From Eledone cirrhosa (Eukaryota): a stretch of DNA of 64,000 bases. The notes below the pieces were generated by a model, which was not told the DNA's origin, did not search any database, and saw only the letters and a program-made list of their open reading frames with translations. The position numbers and the translations under genes were made by a program. The first letter of the stretch is position 1, and each line of letters begins with the position of its first letter. Below are positions 12,561 to 25,300 of this stretch, piece by piece. The stretch spans positions 6,758,001 to 6,822,000 of the forward strand of contig OZ024764.1 of assembly GCA_964016885.1 (NCBI GenBank), given 5' to 3'.

Positions 12561-12704
12561 ATGTTCATTTATACACGTCTGTATTCAATCCCTGCTTCCC
12601 TGAGGTGGGTTGGACAGAGATGTTTCACAGAGCAAGGCTATAAATATGGTTTCACTCCTCCAAAGGCGTTGAAGAACAGAAAACCAAGAGCACACACTTA
12701 TGAG
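12561..12704 (+). CDS. MTG2: MTG2/GTPBP5 first coding exon (putative mitochondrial presequence)
   Basis: Acceptor ttcatcttcag at 12557, ATG at 12561, MFIYTRLYSIPASLRWVGQRCF...KALKNRKPRAHTYE, donor GAG|gtaact. Phase 0 joins the next exon. Basic, Arg-rich N-terminus. Confidence 0.75.
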
Positions 12705-13239
12705 GTAACTCTTTTACTCTTTTACCTGTGCCAGCCGCCGACTGAGGCCGTGCTGGGGCATCGCCCTTGCTGCTACACATTCTATCTCCAGCCTGTGTTG
12801 GCTGGCCATTGGGGCAAGAGGGAGTTCATTGTTGCTGCCCTTGGGTTACCTTTGGATGAAAGGCAAAGTTAACCTCAACAGTATTTGAACTCAGATTGTA
12901 AAGGCCGTAACTCTATGCTGCAAAGCATGGCGTCTGACTCTCTACCAATGCTGTCGATATAATGTTGGGCCATTTTTCTTTATGGATGTCTCCATTGTTC
13001 AGAGTGGGATTGGTCCAGTGTAAGGCATTTCTTCACTTAAAATACCTTCAAACACAGGTATCACTTGATCTAAACAACTTTCAGGTGTGTTGTGTGAGCA
13101 TGACATTTTCTTTTTCTTTTCACTGCAGCATAGAAAGGAGTCTAAGTTCTTGGCAGAGCTAACTAGTCGTATTTGTGCCACAGATGTATGAGAAAAAGGT
13201 GAAGGGATGGCAGCTCTCAACACTGAGATGCAGCCATTA

Positions 13240-13420
13240 TGGATTGGCAGAATCTGTAGAGGGTCGAACGCCATGCTTTGCGGCATAGAGTTACAGCCCT
13301 TTGCTGTCTGAGTTCAAATCCCATCGAGATTAACTTTGCCTTTCATCCTTACGGGGCCGATAAAATAAAGTACCAGTAATACACTGGGGTAATTGCTGGC
13401 CTTGTGCCAAAAGTAGAAAC
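13240..13420 (+). mobile_element. SINE family B (Deu/Nin-like core)
   Basis: GAGTTCAAATCC B box followed by AACTTTGCCTTTCATCCTTACGGGG.CGATAAAATAAAGTACCAG. Copies at 37865-38050, 41477-41605, 63480-63665 and 63680-63862, an inverted pair at 30515-30730, and fragments at 3885-3945 and 12850-12960. Confidence 0.8.
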
Positions 13421-13428
13421 ATTTATAC

Positions 13429-13462
<34 letters not shown>

Positions 13463-13801
13463 GGAGGCACATGGCTTAGTGGCTAGAGCATTGACCTTGC
13501 AATCGAAAGGTTGTGAGTTCAATTCTCAGACCGGGTGATGTCTTGTTTCCTTGAGCAAGACACTTTATTTCACATTGCTCCAGTTTACTCAGCTGTAGAA
13601 ATGAGATGATAGGGACTGGGGTCCCTATCATTCCACTGCAAAGTGGTCGTGGAGGTGCCACGGCAAAAAAAGCACCCAGCACTCACTGTAAATGAGGTTG
13701 GTGTTAGGAAGGGCATCCAGCTGTAGAAATCAAGCCAGAATCAGTTCCTGTCCCACCCTTGCAAGCAGGGAAAAAGCGGACGTAAAATGAAATGAAATGA
13801 T
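13463..13801 (+). mobile_element. tRNA-derived SINE (family A)
   Basis: A/B boxes, consensus body and ATG tail. Confidence 0.9.
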
Positions 13802-14122
13802 AATATATCTCTCTTCATCATCATCAGCACCTTTTAATGTCCATTTTCCACGCTAGCATGGGTCAGATAGGTTGTCCTATTTGAGGCAAGTCGAGGTCAC
13901 ATGACCATGTCTTGCTCATTTGTGTGTGCGTGATATATGTCTATGACCTTTGGCGCTACGCAGTAATACAGAAGACCCGCTTTGCCTACATACAAAGTTA
14001 AACCTACAGTCATTAGGCACCTCTTAACCAAATATACACCCCAACCCACTATCCCTACTCCATCCTTCCACTCCCACCAACACCACTCTTTCTGTTGGTA
14101 CCACAGGACTTCCGGTACAAAC

Positions 14123-15060
14123 TAAAGTGGTTGTGTAGGAGACATGGTAAAAAGGCTCCCAGTCCACACTGTAAAGTGGTCGTGTAGGAGATACGGTAAA
14201 AAGGCTCCCAGTCCATGCTGTAAAGTGGTCATGTAGGAGACACTGTAAAAAGGCTCCCAGTCCACACTGTAAAGTGGTCATGTAGGAGACATGGTAAAAA
14301 GGCTCCCAGTCCACACTGTAAAGTGGTCATGTAGGAGACACAGTAAAAAGGCTCCCAGTCCACACTGTAAAGTGGTCGTGTAGGAGACACGGCAAAAAGG
14401 CTCCCAGTCCACACTGTAAAGTTGTCTTGTAGGCGACACAGTAAAAAGGCTCCCAGTCCACACTGTAAAGTGGTCATGTAGGAGACACAGTAAAAAGGCT
14501 CCCAGTCCACACTGTAAAGTGGTCATGTAGGAGACACAGTAAAAAGGCTCCCAGTCTACACTGTAAAGTGGTCATGTAGGAGACACGGTAAAAAGGCTCC
14601 CAGTCTACACTGTAAAGTGGTCATGTAGGAGACACGGTAAAAAGGCTCCCACTCCACACTGTAAAGTGGTCATGTAGGAGACACGGTAAAAAGGCTCCCA
14701 GTCTACACTGTAAAGTGGTTGTGTAGGAGACACAGTAAAAAGGCTCCCAGTCCACACTGTAAAGTGGTTGTGTAGGAGACATGGTAAAAAGGCTCCCAGT
14801 CCACACTGTAAAGTGGTCATGTAGGAGACACAGTAAAAAGGCTCCCAGTCCACACTGTAAAGTGTTCATGTAGGAGACATGGTAAAAAGGCTCCCAGTCC
14901 ACACTGTAAAGTGGTCATGTAGGAGACACAGTAAACAGGCTCCCAGTCCACACTGTAAAGTGGTTGTGTAGGAGACACGGTAAAAAGGCTCCCAGTCTAC
15001 ACTGTAAAGTGGTTGTGTAGGAGACATGGTAAAAAGGCTCCCAGTCCACACTGTAAATGT
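14123..15060 (+). repeat. 49 bp minisatellite (about 19 units) inside a LINE 3' UTR copy (13945-15215)
   Basis: Unit GGCTCCCAGTCCACACTGTAAAGTGGTCATGTAGGAGACACAGTAAAAA, period 49. Confidence 0.95.
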
Positions 15061-15239
15061 GGTTGGTGTTAGGAAGGGCATCCAGCCGTAGAAAACCTGC
15101 CAGATACAGTCCTATACAAGCAAGACACGGTCACCTGACCAATCTTGCCTCAAGTGGGACAACTCCCGTCTAACCCATGCTAACGTGAAAGATAGACGCT
15201 AAACAATGTTGATGATGTGCGTGTGTGTGTATGTAGGTG

Positions 15240-15270
<31 letters not shown>

Positions 15271-15344
15271 ATGCATATGTATTTATATGTGTGTATAACT
15301 TTGTTGTGTATGCTTATGTATGTATAAACTGTGTCACCATTAAC

Positions 15345-15756
15345 ACTGCCTCCACCACCACTACTACCACCTTCACACCACCACCATCACCTTTACACCA
15401 CCACCACTACTACCACCTTCACACCACCACCACCACTACTACCACCTTCACACCACCACCACCACCACTACTACCACCTTCACACCACTACCACCTACAC
15501 ACCACCACCACCTATACACCACCTTCACACCACCACCACTACTACCACCTTCACACCACTACCACCTACACACCACCACCACCTACACACCACCTTCACA
15601 CCACCACCACCACCACTACCACCTATACACCACCACCTCCACTACCACCTATACCACCACCACTACCACCTATACACCACCACCTATACCACCACCACTA
15701 CTACCACCTTCACACCACCACCACCACCTATACACCACCACCACCACTACCACCTA
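15345..15756. repeat. (CCA/CTA)n low-complexity tract
   Basis: Direct inspection. Confidence 0.95.
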
Positions 15757-15779
15757 TATCTCCCTCTCTCTCTCTCCAG

Positions 15780-15930
15780 AACGACAGACCTTTCATCGAC
15801 TACAAGGAGGTACAGGTGAGTGCAGGCCGAGGGGGTAATGGTTGTCTCAGCTTCCTTCGTCTCCCCCAGACTGAATGGGCTGGTCCAGATGGTGGAGATG
15901 GGGGCAATGGAGGACATGTAGTGTTTGAAG
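15780..15930 (+). CDS. MTG2: MTG2 coding exon 2 (Obg-fold N-terminus)
   Basis: NDRPFIDYKEVQVSAGRGGNGCLSFLRLPQTEWAGPDGGDGGNGGHVVFE. ctccag acceptor, G|gtaagt donor, phase 1. Confidence 0.95.
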
Positions 15931-15999
15931 GTAAGTCTCTTGTTTCTTATCTATGTAAATCCACCAACTTCTCTTGCTATCTAGAACATTGGAGACATT

Positions 16000-17040
16000 T
16001 CTCTCCCCCTCTCTATATATCTCCCACATTGTATCTCCCTGTTTCCCCCTACTTACCTCAAACATGTGGCTAACTCACTCCCACCTCTCTCCTCCCCCTC
16101 TCTATATATCTCCCACATTGTATCTCCCTGTTTCCCCCTACTTACCTCAAACATGTGGCTACCTCACTCCCACCTCTCTCCTCCCCCTCTCTATATATCT
16201 CCCACATTGTATCTCCCTGTTTCCCCCTACTTACCTCAAACATGTGGCTAACTCACTCCCACCTCTCTCCTCCCCCTCTCTATATATCTCCCACATTGTA
16301 TCTCCCTGTTTCCCCCTACTTACCTCAAACATGTGGCTAACTCACTCCCACTTCTCTCCTCCCCCTCTCTATATATCTCCCACATTGTATCTCCCTGTTT
16401 CCCCCTACTTACCTCAAACATGTGGCTAACTCACTCCCACCTCTCTCCTCCCCCTCTCTATATATCTCCCACATTGTATCTCCCTGTTTCCCCCTACTTA
16501 GCTCAAACATGTAGCTACCTCACTCCCACCTCCCCCTTCCTCCCCCTCTCTATATATCTCCCACATTGTATCTCCCTGTTTCCCCCTACTTACCTCAAAC
16601 ATGTGGCTCCCTCCCTCCCCCTCTCTACATATCTCATACATTGTATCTCCCTGTTTCCCCCTACTTACCTCAAACATGTGGCTAACTCACTCCCACCTCT
16701 CTCCTCCCCCTTTCTACATATCTCCCACATTGTATCTCCCTGTTTCCCCCTACTTACCTCAAACATGTGGCTAACTCACTCCCACCTCTCTCCTCCCCCT
16801 TTCTACATATCTCCCACATTGTATCTCCCTGTTTCCCCCTACTTACCTCAAATATGTGGCTAACTCACTCCCACCACTCTCCTCCCTCTCTCTTATATAT
16901 TCTCATACATTGTATCTCCCTGTTTCCCCTACTTATCTCAAACATGTGGCTACCTCACTCCCACCTCTCTCCTCCCTCTCTCTATATATCTCCCACATTG
17001 TACCTCCCTGTTTCCCCCCTACTTACCTCAAACATGTGGT
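16000..17040. repeat. 89 bp CT-rich minisatellite (about 12 units)
   Basis: Unit ...CTCTATATATCTCCCACATTGTATCTCCCTGTTTCCCCCTACTTACCTCAAACATGTGGCTAACTCACTCCCAC..., period 89. Confidence 0.95.
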
Positions 17041-17112
17041 AAAATGAAATGATGATGATGATTCGAAAAACTCAGATTTACATTTCTTATCTATCTATCT
17101 ATCCATCTATCT

Positions 17113-17890
17113 ATCTATCTATTCTTTTTTCAAATACCACTTTGAAAGAAGAATCAGGATGGAGAGAGAGGTGCTGTACCCCAGCAAGTTTTATGAAAGG
17201 TGGGTGAAAGTGGCGAGAATGGCCCGAGTGAATGGGCCTTCTCTCTATATCAGCCTGTAGGTTGAGGAAAAGGAGGAGGAGAGGAAAGGAGTACAAGCTC
17301 TTCGTACTCCTGGAGATGAGGGTTGCACATTTTTTTCGGGGGTCTGTGTTACCCATATAAACTGTCTCCCTCTATTGGGGAAAATCGACTAACTTTTAAA
17401 TTCCATCTGTGATAACATTTTACACGTTTTTATTGTATGTAAACTTCCCCCTTTGTATTTGTCCCTTTCTTTTGTGCCCCTGTGGCTAATAAAGAAATAT
17501 ATCTATCTATTCTTTTTTCAAATACCACTTTGAAAGAAGAATCAGGATGGAGAGAGAGGTGCTGTACCCCAGCAAGTTTTATGAAAGGTGGGTGAAAGTG
17601 GCGAGAATGGCCCGAGTGAATGGGCCTTCTCTCTATATCAGCCTGTAGGTTGAGGAAAAGGAGGAGGAGAGGAAAGGAGTACAAACTCTTCGTACTCTTG
17701 GAGATGAGGGTTGCACATTTTTTTTCGGGGGTATGTGTTACCCATATAAACTGTCTCCCTCTATTGGGGAAAATCGACTAACTTTTTAAATTCCATTTGT
17801 GATAACATTTTACACGTTTTTATTGTATGTAAACTTCCCCCTTTGTATTTGTCCCCTTCTTTTGTGCCCCTGTGGCTAATAAAGAAATAT
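17113..17890 (+). repeat. Direct tandem duplication of an approximately 388 bp segment ending in AATAAAGAAAT (probable retroelement 3' end)
   Basis: 17113-17500 is nearly identical to 17501-17890. Confidence 0.85.
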
Positions 17891-17895
17891 ATCTA

Positions 17896-18419
17896 TCTAT
17901 ATATTACTAAAACTCTGTGATTGCTTGCTTGCTTGTCTGTAATGTAATACAACCAAAAGGGAGCATAATGGGAAAATACTTTGGAAGGAAGTTGACCCTG
18001 AAATGGGGCTACAAATGGAATAAAACAAGTTTCGTATAAATCGAACCACGGGTTCCTGAAATACGGGGTTTTACCTGGTACCTTCATAAATGGAGAGGGA
18101 GAAAGAGATAGTGGTTGTGAGAGAAATATAAAGAGGAAGATATAGTGGTTGTGACCGAGTAGATTGAAAGAGAGACATAGAGCGAGGGAGAGGAGACAGC
18201 AAATGGAAGAGAGAGCTGGTGGTGTTGTTGTGTATATATATATGTGAGTGTGTGTGTGTGTCTATGACCAGTGTGTAGAGATCACAGACACCCACATATT
18301 TATATATATATAATGGGCCTTCCAGTTTCATTTCACATTATATACATGTCTGTGTATATTTTAATTATTTAAAAATTATTTTCAAGTGAACGTGACCCAA
18401 CTGGTCACGGGTGGTCTAG
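17896..18419 (+). mobile_element. Non-autonomous Helitron
   Basis: 5' TC start, 3' GTGACC-caact-GGTCAC hairpin then CTAG|T. The same 3' end occurs as a fragment at 12420-12518. Confidence 0.75.
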
Positions 18420-18559
18420 TATATATATAAATCAGGATTGATTCAGTTTGAAACTGCTTAGCCCATCCATTACTCACCAGAGTACTCAATACTTGGTGTA
18501 GTAGAGTACGGTTATGTTATAAAGTCTGTCAACCATATCATGTTGTTATATATTTTCAG

Positions 18560-18675
18560 CCAACCATAACTACAAGTCCCTTGGTCATGTGAAGACATTG
18601 GTCCATGGAAAAGATGGCAGTCATGGCAGGAACAACAACAGACATGGCAGAAATGCTAACCACTTTGTACTGAAT
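18560..18675 (+). CDS. MTG2: MTG2 coding exon 3
   Basis: ttttcag acceptor; (A)NHNYKSLGHVKTLVHGKDGSHGRNNNRHGRNANHFVLN; donor gtaggt. Phases 1 and 0 fit both neighbours. Confidence 0.88.
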
Positions 18676-18734
18676 GTAGGTGGCGCCGTCTGCAATTATC
18701 ACTACCATCATCAACATCATCCATGTTGCCTACT

Positions 18735-21700
18735 AGATACCCAGGTGCACATTGTAGAGTTAGTGTAGGGTGTTAAATACCCAGGTAGACATTGTAGAGC
18801 TAGCCTAGGGTACTAAATACCCAGGTAGACATTGTAGAGCTAGCCTAGGGTACTAAATACCCAGGTAGACATTGTAGAGCTAGCCTAGAGTACTAAATAC
18901 CCAGGTAGACATTGTAGAGCTAGCCTAGGGTACTAAATACCCAGGTAGACATTGTAGAGCTAGCCTAGGGTACTAAATACCCAGGTAGACATTGTAGAGC
19001 TAACCTAGGGTACTAAATACCCAGGTAGACATTGTAGAGCTAGCCTAGGCTACTAAATACCCAGGTACATATCGTAGAGCTAGCCTAGGGTACTAAATAC
19101 CCAGGTACATATTGTAGACCTAGACTAGGGTACTAAATACCCAGGTAGACATTGTAGAGCTAGCCTAGAGTACTAAATACCCAGGTAGACATTGTAGAGC
19201 TAGCCTAGGGTACTAAATACCCAGGTAGACATTGTAGAGCTAGCCTAGGGTACTAAATACCCAGGTAGACATTGTAGAGCTAGCCTAGAGTACTAAATAC
19301 CCAGGTAGACATTGTAGAGCTAGCCTAGGGTACTAAATACCCAGGTAGACATTGTAGAGCTAGCCTAGGGTACTAAATACCCAGGTAGACATTGTAGAGC
19401 TAACCTAGGGTACTAAATACCCAGGTAGACATTGTAGAGCTAGCCTAGGCTACTAAATACCCAGGTACATATCGTAGAGCTAGCCTAGGGTACTAAATAC
19501 CCAGGTACATATTGTAGACCTAGACTAGGGTACTAAATACCCAGGTAGACATTGTAGAGCTAGCCTAGGGTACTAAATACCCAGGTACACATTGTAGAGC
19601 TAACCTAGGGTACTAAATACCCAGGTACACATTGTAGAGCTAGCCTAGGGTACTAAATATCCAGGTACACATTGTAGAGCTAGCCTAGGGTACTAAATAT
19701 CCAGGTACACATTGTAGAGTTAACCTAGGCTACTAAATACCCAGGTATACATTGTAGAGTTAACCTAGGCTACTAAATACCCAGGTATACATTGTAGAGC
19801 TAGCCTAGGGTCCTAAATACCCAGGTACATATTGTAGAGCTAACCTAGGGTACTAAATACCCAGGTAGACATTGTAGAGCTAACCTAGGGTACTAAATAC
19901 CCAGGTAGACATTGTAGAGCTAGCCTAGGGTACTAAATACCCAGGTACATATTGTAGAGCTAGCCTAGGGTACTAAATACCCAGGTACATATTGTAGAGC
20001 TAGACTAGGGTACTAAATACCCAGGTAGACATTGTAGAGCTAACCTAGGGTACTAAATACCCAGGTACACATTGTAGAGCTAGCCTAGGGTACTAAATAT
20101 CCAGGTACACATTGTAGAGCTAGCCTAGGGTACTAAATATCCAGGTACACATTGTAGAGTTAACCTAGGCTACTAAATACCCAGGTATACATTGTAGAGT
20201 TAACCTAGGCTACTAAATACCCAGGTATACATTGTAGAGCTAGCCTAGGGTCCTAAATACCCAGGTACATATTGTAGAGCTAACCTAGGGTACTAAATAC
20301 CCAGGTAGACATTGTAGAGCTAACCTAGGGTACTAAATACCCAGGTAGACATTGTAGAGCTAACCTAGGGTACTAAATACCTAGGTACACATTGTAGAGC
20401 TAGCCTAGGGTACTAAATACCCAGGTAGACATTGTAGAGCTAGCCTAGGGTGCTAAATACCCAGGTAGTCATTGTAGAGCTAGCCTAGGGTACTAAATAC
20501 CCAGGTATACATTGTAGAGCTCACCTAGGGTACTAAATACCCAGGTACACATTGTAGAGCTAACCTAGGGTACTAAATACCCAGGTACACATTGTAGAGC
20601 TAGCCTAGGGTACTAAATACCCAGGTATACATTGTAGAGTTAACCTAGGCTACTAAATACCCAGGTATACATTGTAGAGTTAACCTAGGCTACTAAATAC
20701 CCAGGTACATATTGTAGAGCGAGCCTAGGGTACTAAATACCCAGGTACACATTGTAGAGCTAGTCTAGGGTACTAAATACCCAGGTACACATTGTAGAGC
20801 TAACCTAGGGTACTAAATACCCAGGTACACATTGTAGAGCTCGCCTAGGGTACTAAATACCCAGGTACACATTGTAGAGCTAGCCTAGGGTACTAAATAC
20901 CCAGGTACACATTGTAGAGCTAGCCTAGGATACTAAATACCCAGGTACACATTGTAGAGCTACCCTAGGGTACTAAATACCCAGGTAGACATTGTAGAGC
21001 TAGACTAGGGTACTAAATACCCAGGTAGACATTGTAGAGCTACCCTAGGGTACTAAATACCCAGGTACATATTGTAGAGCTAACCTAGGGTACTAAATAC
21101 CCAGGTAGACATTGTAGAGCTAACCTAGGGTACTAAATACCCAGGTACACATTGTAGAGCTAGCCTAGGGTACTAAATACCCAGGTACATATTGTAGAGC
21201 TAACCTAGGGTACTAAATACCCAGGTAGACATTGTAGAGCTAACCTAGGGTACTAAATACCCAGGTAGACATTGTAGAGCTAGCCTAGGGTGCTAAATAC
21301 CCAGGTACATATTGTAGAGCTAGCCTAGGGTACTAAATACCCAGGTAGACATTGTAGAGCTAACCTAGGGTACTAAATACCCAGGTACACATTGTAGAGC
21401 TAACCTAGGGTGCTAAATACCCAGGTACACATTGTAGAGCTAGCTTAGGGTACTAAATACCTAGGTACACATTGTAGAGCTAGCCTAGGGTACTAAATAC
21501 CCAGGTACACATTGTAGAGCTAGCCTAGGGTACTAAATACTCAGGTACACATTGTAGAGCTAGCCTAGGGTACTAAATACCCAGGTACACATTGTAGAGC
21601 TAACCTAGGGTACTAAATACCCAGGTAGACATTGTAGAGCTAACCTAGGGTACTAAATACCCAGGTAGACATTGTAGAGCTAGCCTAGGGTGCTAAATAC

Positions 21701-22412
21701 CCAGGTACATATTGTAGAGCTAACCTAGGGTACTAAATACCCAGGTAGACATTGTAGAGCTAACCTAGGGTACTAAATACCCAGGTACACATTGTAGAGC
21801 TAACCTAGGGTGCTAAATACCCAGGTACACATTGTAGAGCTAGCCTAGGGTACTAAATACCCAGGTAGACATTGTAGAGCTAACCTAGGGTACTAAATAC
21901 CCAGGTAGACATTGTAGAGCTAGCCTAGGGTGCTAAATACCCAGGTACATATTGTAGAGCTAGCCTAGGGTACTAAATACCCAGGTAGACATTGTAGAGC
22001 TAACCTAGGGTACTAAATACCCAGGTACACATTGTAGAGCTAACCTAGGGTACTAAATACCTAGGTACACATTGTAGAGCTAACCTAGGGTACTAAATAC
22101 CTAGGTACACATTGTAGAGCTAACCTAGGGTACTAAATACCCAGGTAGACATTGTAGAGCTAGCCTAGGGTGCTAAATACCCAGGTACATATTGTAGAGC
22201 TAGCCTAGGGTACTAAATACCCAGGTAGACATTGTAGAGCTAACCTAGGGTACTAAATACCCAGGTACACATTGTAGAGCTAACCTAGGGTGCTAAATAC
22301 CCAGGTACACATTGTAGAGCTAGCTTAGGGTACTAAATACCCAGGTACACATTGTAGAGCTAGCCTAGGGTACTAAATACCCAGGTACACATTGTAGAGC
22401 TAGCCTGGGTAT
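18735..22412. repeat. 40 bp satellite (about 92 units) in the MTG2 intron after coding exon 3
   Basis: Unit CCAGGTAGACATTGTAGAGCTAGCCTAGGGTACTAAATAC. Confidence 0.98.
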
Positions 22413-22771
22413 TTAATATAATCATCGCTATAACCATCATCATCGTCATCACTGCAACCATTAACCATTATAACACACACACACACACACGTGTGTGTGT
22501 GTATGAGTATATATATGTGTGTATGTAACATGTATTATCTTCCTCACCTCCCTCTCTCTCTCTTCCATATCTCACTTTCTTCCTCTATCTCCTCCTCATT
22601 CACTTTCCCGCTCTTTCACACTCCCCCTCTCACACTTCCACCCCTCTTCCTCCATCACGCTCTCACTCTCTCATCTCCCTCTCTCACCCATTCTTCCTCC
22701 CTCACGCTCTCTCTCTCTCTCACCCACTCTTTCCCCCCCCTCTCTCACTGTCATCCTCTCACTCTCCCCAG

Positions 22772-22993
22772 GTACCAGTTGGAACTGTGGTAAAGAATGA
22801 ACAGCTGGAGGTTGTTGGCAACCTGAAGAAAGCTGGCAGTTACTTCCTGGCGGCCCGGGGTGGCGCTGGGGGTAAAGGGAACAAATTCTTCCTGAGTAAT
22901 GAGGAGAGAGCCCCATCATGTGTGGAGGAGGGCGCAGAAGGAGAGCAACGCGAGTTGATCCTTGAGTTGCAGGCCTTGGCCCATGTAGGCCTG
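22772..22993 (+). CDS. MTG2: MTG2 coding exon 4
   Basis: VPVGTVVKN...FLAARGGAGGKGNKFF...ELILELQALAHVGL. ccccag acceptor, gtatgt donor. Confidence 0.95.
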
Positions 22994-23492
22994 GTATGTA
23001 TTAAATTCTGTTTATATATATATATAGTAGAATAATCGAGTATCGAAAAATCGGCGCACGAGTTCACGATAAACAAAATTCGATATGAGTGGCAGAGGGC
23101 TCAATAATTCAGATAAATCAGAGCTATAACTATCGTTAAAATACCAACACACATAGATTATGCCTAAAATCAACCATACGACCGAAAAATTACGATCTGG
23201 AAGATTCGGGTCACTCAGATAAAATATCAATAAATCAATAAATCATAAGAATGTAAAAAGCTTACCCGGACCCGCTAGAAAGATGGTAAATCTAGCTTCT
23301 TGGGTTTCTGTAAATCCTTAAATCGCCCAATATATATATTTATATATATATGCAGAAGTTATATTTAATTTGTTGGGGTTCCAACAAACTTAAAAGTTTA
23401 TAACTGTTATAGAGCACTCAACAGTTTATTGGAATTTTCAACCGTCAAGGCTGTTTTCCACAGTTATGTCACTATTTATAAAACAAATTTTG

Positions 23493-23557
23493 TATTTTAT
23501 CTGATGAAAGCGCACCAGGATTGCCTTGGTTGCCCTTGAAATATATATAATAAAATA
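23493..23557 (+). ncRNA. Minimal type I hammerhead ribozyme (sense strand of an MTG2 intron)
   Basis: TATTTTAT-CTGATGA-AAGcGCACCAGG attg CCTTGGTTGCcCTT-GAAA-T-ATAT-A-TA-ATAAAATA. Predicted cut after 23549. Confidence 0.8.
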
Positions 23558-23617
23558 ATTATGGTTTTATAAATATAGTTTCCATTTATTAATATATTGT
23601 ATATATATACATATATA

Positions 23618-24195
23618 CAGGGTGGGGCATAAAAAACTGTTACAAAATAAAATGCAAATAGTTTTTGAAAAAAATATTTATTTCAAGATCTGACTTCAAC
23701 AAATAGTAAGTAATATACTATTAAACAACTGCACAAAAATTTATTCGAAATGCTTTCCTCTAGCTCTCACTACCGCTCGAAGTCTTCTAGGAAAGTCTTC
23801 GATGGCTGCACGAACAGTTTCCATGGGTATTTTCTCCCATACTTTATTCAGTTTTGATTTTAGAGTTTCAATATTTTGGCTAGGAGTAGAGCAGGCTTCA
23901 CTCTCAAGAATTGACCATAAAGAAAAATCGAGAGGGTTGAGATCTGGTGATGTGGGAGGCCACTCTTCCTTACTGATCCATGCAGCACAATGGTTTCTAC
24001 ACCACTGTTGTGTTAGGTGAGCAGTGTGGCTCGTTGCTCCATCTTGTTGGAGAGTCCAAATGTCATCGCCATAAACAGATGTGCACCATGGCATCAGTTC
24101 TCCTTCCAAAATATCCTTTATGTAAAGTTCTTTGTTAATTTTAACTCCTTGAGGCACAAAAATCAGAGGAGACTTCCCTCTTGCAGATCTTGAGT
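23618..24195 (-). mobile_element. Tc1/mariner superfamily DD37D (maT-like) transposon, 3' fragment
   Basis: QQDGATSHT...WPPTSPDLNPLDFSLW with 37 residues between the second and third D. TA-CAGGGTG terminus at 23618. Confidence 0.88.
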
Positions 24196-24905
24196 ACACA
24201 AAAGATGTAGTGGGATAGCAGGCAAACTAACAGGTAGGGAAAACTACATATGCAGTAGATGTACAGGGAAATTTGACAGTAGAAGTCGCAGTGATAGACA
24301 CATTTCTCCAATCCAGGTAGGATCTATAGAAGTGGTGGATAGCTTCCAGTACCTAGGTGATCAGATTAGCATGGGAGGGGGGCTCTGAGGCCATAGTATT
24401 GAGAATAAAGACAGGTTGGAAGAAGTTTAGGGAGCTGCTTCCTCTGTTGACAACGAAGGGTTTCTCTCTACGAACGAAAGGCCAGTTGTATGATGCCTGT
24501 GTGAGATGTGCAATGCTACATGGTAGTTAGACATGGGCAGCAACTGCGGAGGATATGCGATAGCTGGAGAGAAAGGGAGCAAGCATGCTCCGATGGGTGT
24601 GCAATGTCAATGCGCGTGAACGACCAAGCATAGATGAGTTGAGAGAGAAACTGTGTATAAGAGGGATAAGTTGTGGTGTGTGGGAGAGAAGACTGAGATG
24701 GTATGGACATGTGATGTGTTGAGAGAGAAACTGTGTATGAGAGGAATAAGTTGTGGTGTGTGGGAGAGAAGACTGCGTTGGTATGGACATGTGATGTGTT
24801 GAGAGAGAAACTGTGTATAAGAGGGATAAGTTGTGGTGTGTGGGAGAGAAGACTGTGTTGGTATGAAGGATGACCGCTGGGTAAAGAAGTGCCAAGAAAT
24901 ACAAG
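24195..24905 (+). mobile_element. Degraded RTE-like LINE fragment (PHD family) with internal tandem duplications
   Basis: Similar to 7400-8000 and to the reverse complement of 54450-55030. Repeated GAGAGAGAAACTGTGTAT...GGACATGTGATG blocks. Confidence 0.8.
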
Positions 24906-25150
24906 TTAAATATATACATGTATTCATAAATCTTTGTAGTGCTCTCCAGCATTTTAAATATGATATATATATATATATATATATTAGTGTGTGTGTATAT
25001 GTGTATGTTACAATATACACATACATTGACATATATATATATATATATATATGTATGTAAAAGATAAACAGAAATAACGACACAATCAGTACAGTATATG
25101 GAAGGGATACATTAGGTTAACGCTTGATATAGCAGAAAGAGGGTCTTAAC

Positions 25151-25194
<44 letters not shown>

Positions 25195-25241
25195 AAATAA
25201 TTAAGTCAAATATTTAAAATTTGGCTTCGTTTATTAAAGAT

Positions 25242-25300
25242 GTACTGCTATATATATTTCGGTGACAGCCATCATTGGCTGTGACCTCTTCAGGCAGTCC
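25242..25300 (-). ncRNA. Minimal type I hammerhead ribozyme in an inverted-repeat cassette (25193-25499)
   Basis: Minus strand: GGACTGC-CTGAAGA-GGTCACAGCC aatgat GGCTGTCACC-GAAA-T-ATAT-A-TA-GCAGTAC. Confidence 0.8.

Noticed and set aside
18735-22412. Regular arrays (also 14123, 44183, 49573 and 59960) as CRISPR arrays
   Set aside because: They are head-to-tail units with no unique spacers, there are no cas genes, and the context is eukaryotic introns.
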